Below are positions 20,957 to 21,591 of a DNA stretch of 21,591 nt, piece by piece. This DNA is from a virus, in IMG/VR virus record IMGVR_UViG_3300030517_000001, positions 1 through 21,591 of that record; one strand, given 5' to 3'. Every line of letters starts with the position of its first letter. The first letter of the stretch is position 1. Below the pieces are notes generated by a model that worked only from the letters and a program-made list of their open reading frames with translations, made no database searches and was not told the DNA's origin. The translations under genes were made by a program, and so were the position numbers.

Positions 20957-21591
20957 CTCTTGCCCTCCTGCACAGGGGACCCAATAGCAGCCTCAGCTTC
21001 CCACCCCAGCCGCAGGCGTTTCATCAATCCCGTGTAGGACACAGTGCAGCGACGGTCAGCGGCCCAGTCTTGACAGCACTTGGTTTCCCCGAAGGCTGTC
21101 AGAAGGTGCGTTCTACGACTGTTCCTGCGCTGTGTCCCGTCCGTCGCCCACCGGCAGTTGTCCGCCTCGTAATTGCCGTCGTTGTTGATTCGGTCAATGG
21201 AGAGGTCGTCGGCGTAGCCATTGGCGAGCGCCCAGGCGCGGAATTCCTCATAGTCTAGCCATTCACGGCAGACGGTGATGCCGCGCCCGCCGTAGTTGTC
21301 GTAACTGCCTGCGTTCGGGTTGTTGCATCGGGCAAGCATTGAGCGCCATGTGTTCCAAAGGCGCTCGCCGCTTCGCCCGTGTGATCGTCGCAGATTGTGG
21401 ACGTTCTCTAAGGCGAGGCACCCGCAGGAGCGGGAGTCATGTCTGAGGAGGTCATCGGCGAACACGACGCGCTCGGTGGCGAGCGGACAGAGGCATCGGC
21501 AAGGGTAAGCGCTCCGTTGCCATTGCCCGCGTCTTCTCATCTCGCGGGGGCCGATCACAACCCAGCGTCCGAAGCAGTCGCCGTCTTTGAT
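20953..21591 (-). CDS. HNH endonuclease (phage HNH_3-like), 3' part. The full gene is 224 aa and spans the circular junction.
   Basis: WNTWRSMLARCNNPN..SYDNYGGRGITVCREWL..F..F..WA..NGY...LSIDRINNDGNYEADNCRWAT...Q..N is the typical phage HNH signature. Confidence 0.8.
   Translation of the reverse strand: MKDGDCFGRWVVIGPREMRRRGQWQRSAYPCRCLCPLATERVVFADDLLRHDSRSCGCLALENVHNLRRSHGRSGERLWNTWRSMLARCNNPNAGSYDNYGGRGITVCREWLDYEEFRAWALANGYADDLSIDRINNDGNYEADNCRWATDGTQRRNSRRTHLLTAFGETKCCQDWAADRRCTVSYTGLMKRLRLGWEAEAAIGSPVQEGKR
21465..21591. repeat. Terminal overlap, identical to 1-127
   Basis: Same 127-nt string as the window start. Confidence 0.95.

Larger units (their letters stand above)
1..21464. mobile_element. 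Apparently complete circular ~21.46-kb integrase/primase-bearing, capsid-less phage-related element (satellite-like or phage-plasmid-like)
   Basis: Identical 127-nt ends close the circle and an ORF reads in frame across the junction. Content is recombinase, primase-helicase, two regulatory switches, HNH, Gam-like, a TA pair and one tape-measure gene. No ORF is large or recognisable enough to be a capsid, portal or terminase. Confidence 0.6.

Noticed and set aside
20286-20984. 232-aa minus-strand ORF overlapping paralog A and the 65-aa ORF
   Set aside because: Extremely Arg/Pro/Gly-rich. It runs across intergenic DNA and across two shorter frames that have RBSs, sensible composition and paralog/homolog support.

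Overview
Bases 1-127 are identical to 21465-21591, so the window appears to be one complete circular replicon of about 21,464 bp. It is high-GC with a few clearly lower-GC patches. Gene content is phage-related but not that of an autonomous phage. It encodes a XerC/D-like tyrosine recombinase, a CHC2-Toprim-P4/D5-type primase-helicase, a VRR-NUC nuclease, an HNH endonuclease that spans the circle junction, and a Mu-Gam-like protein plus a stand-alone Gam C-terminal fragment. It also has SWIM and zinc-ribbon proteins, several HTH/RHH regulators, a DUF433/DUF5615 (PIN-like) toxin-antitoxin pair, DUF488 and YdjM-like proteins, and one 1718-aa tail tape-measure protein with an embedded CHAP-like domain. 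I see no ORF that could be a capsid, portal or terminase, and no tRNA, rRNA or CRISPR. Two divergent-promoter switch regions with near-consensus sigma70 hexamers organise the genes into tightly coupled operons. The most unusual points are listed here. (1) The tape measure is the only virion-type gene, which suggests a satellite-like element. (2) A perfect 16-24-bp palindrome (TATTTGACGTCAAATA core) occurs three times, and two copies bracket the tape-measure gene. (3) Back-to-back promoters sit inside a 26-bp inverted repeat. (4) Three tandem small-protein paralogs lie on the minus strand. (5) A promoter/terminator-bounded unit of about 300 nt, with mutually exclusive pairings, lies in a low-GC island upstream of the replication genes. 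(6) There are dense (G/C)TGACA repeats and a repeat-rich region next to the integrase. All family calls rest on motifs read by eye; no searches were run.
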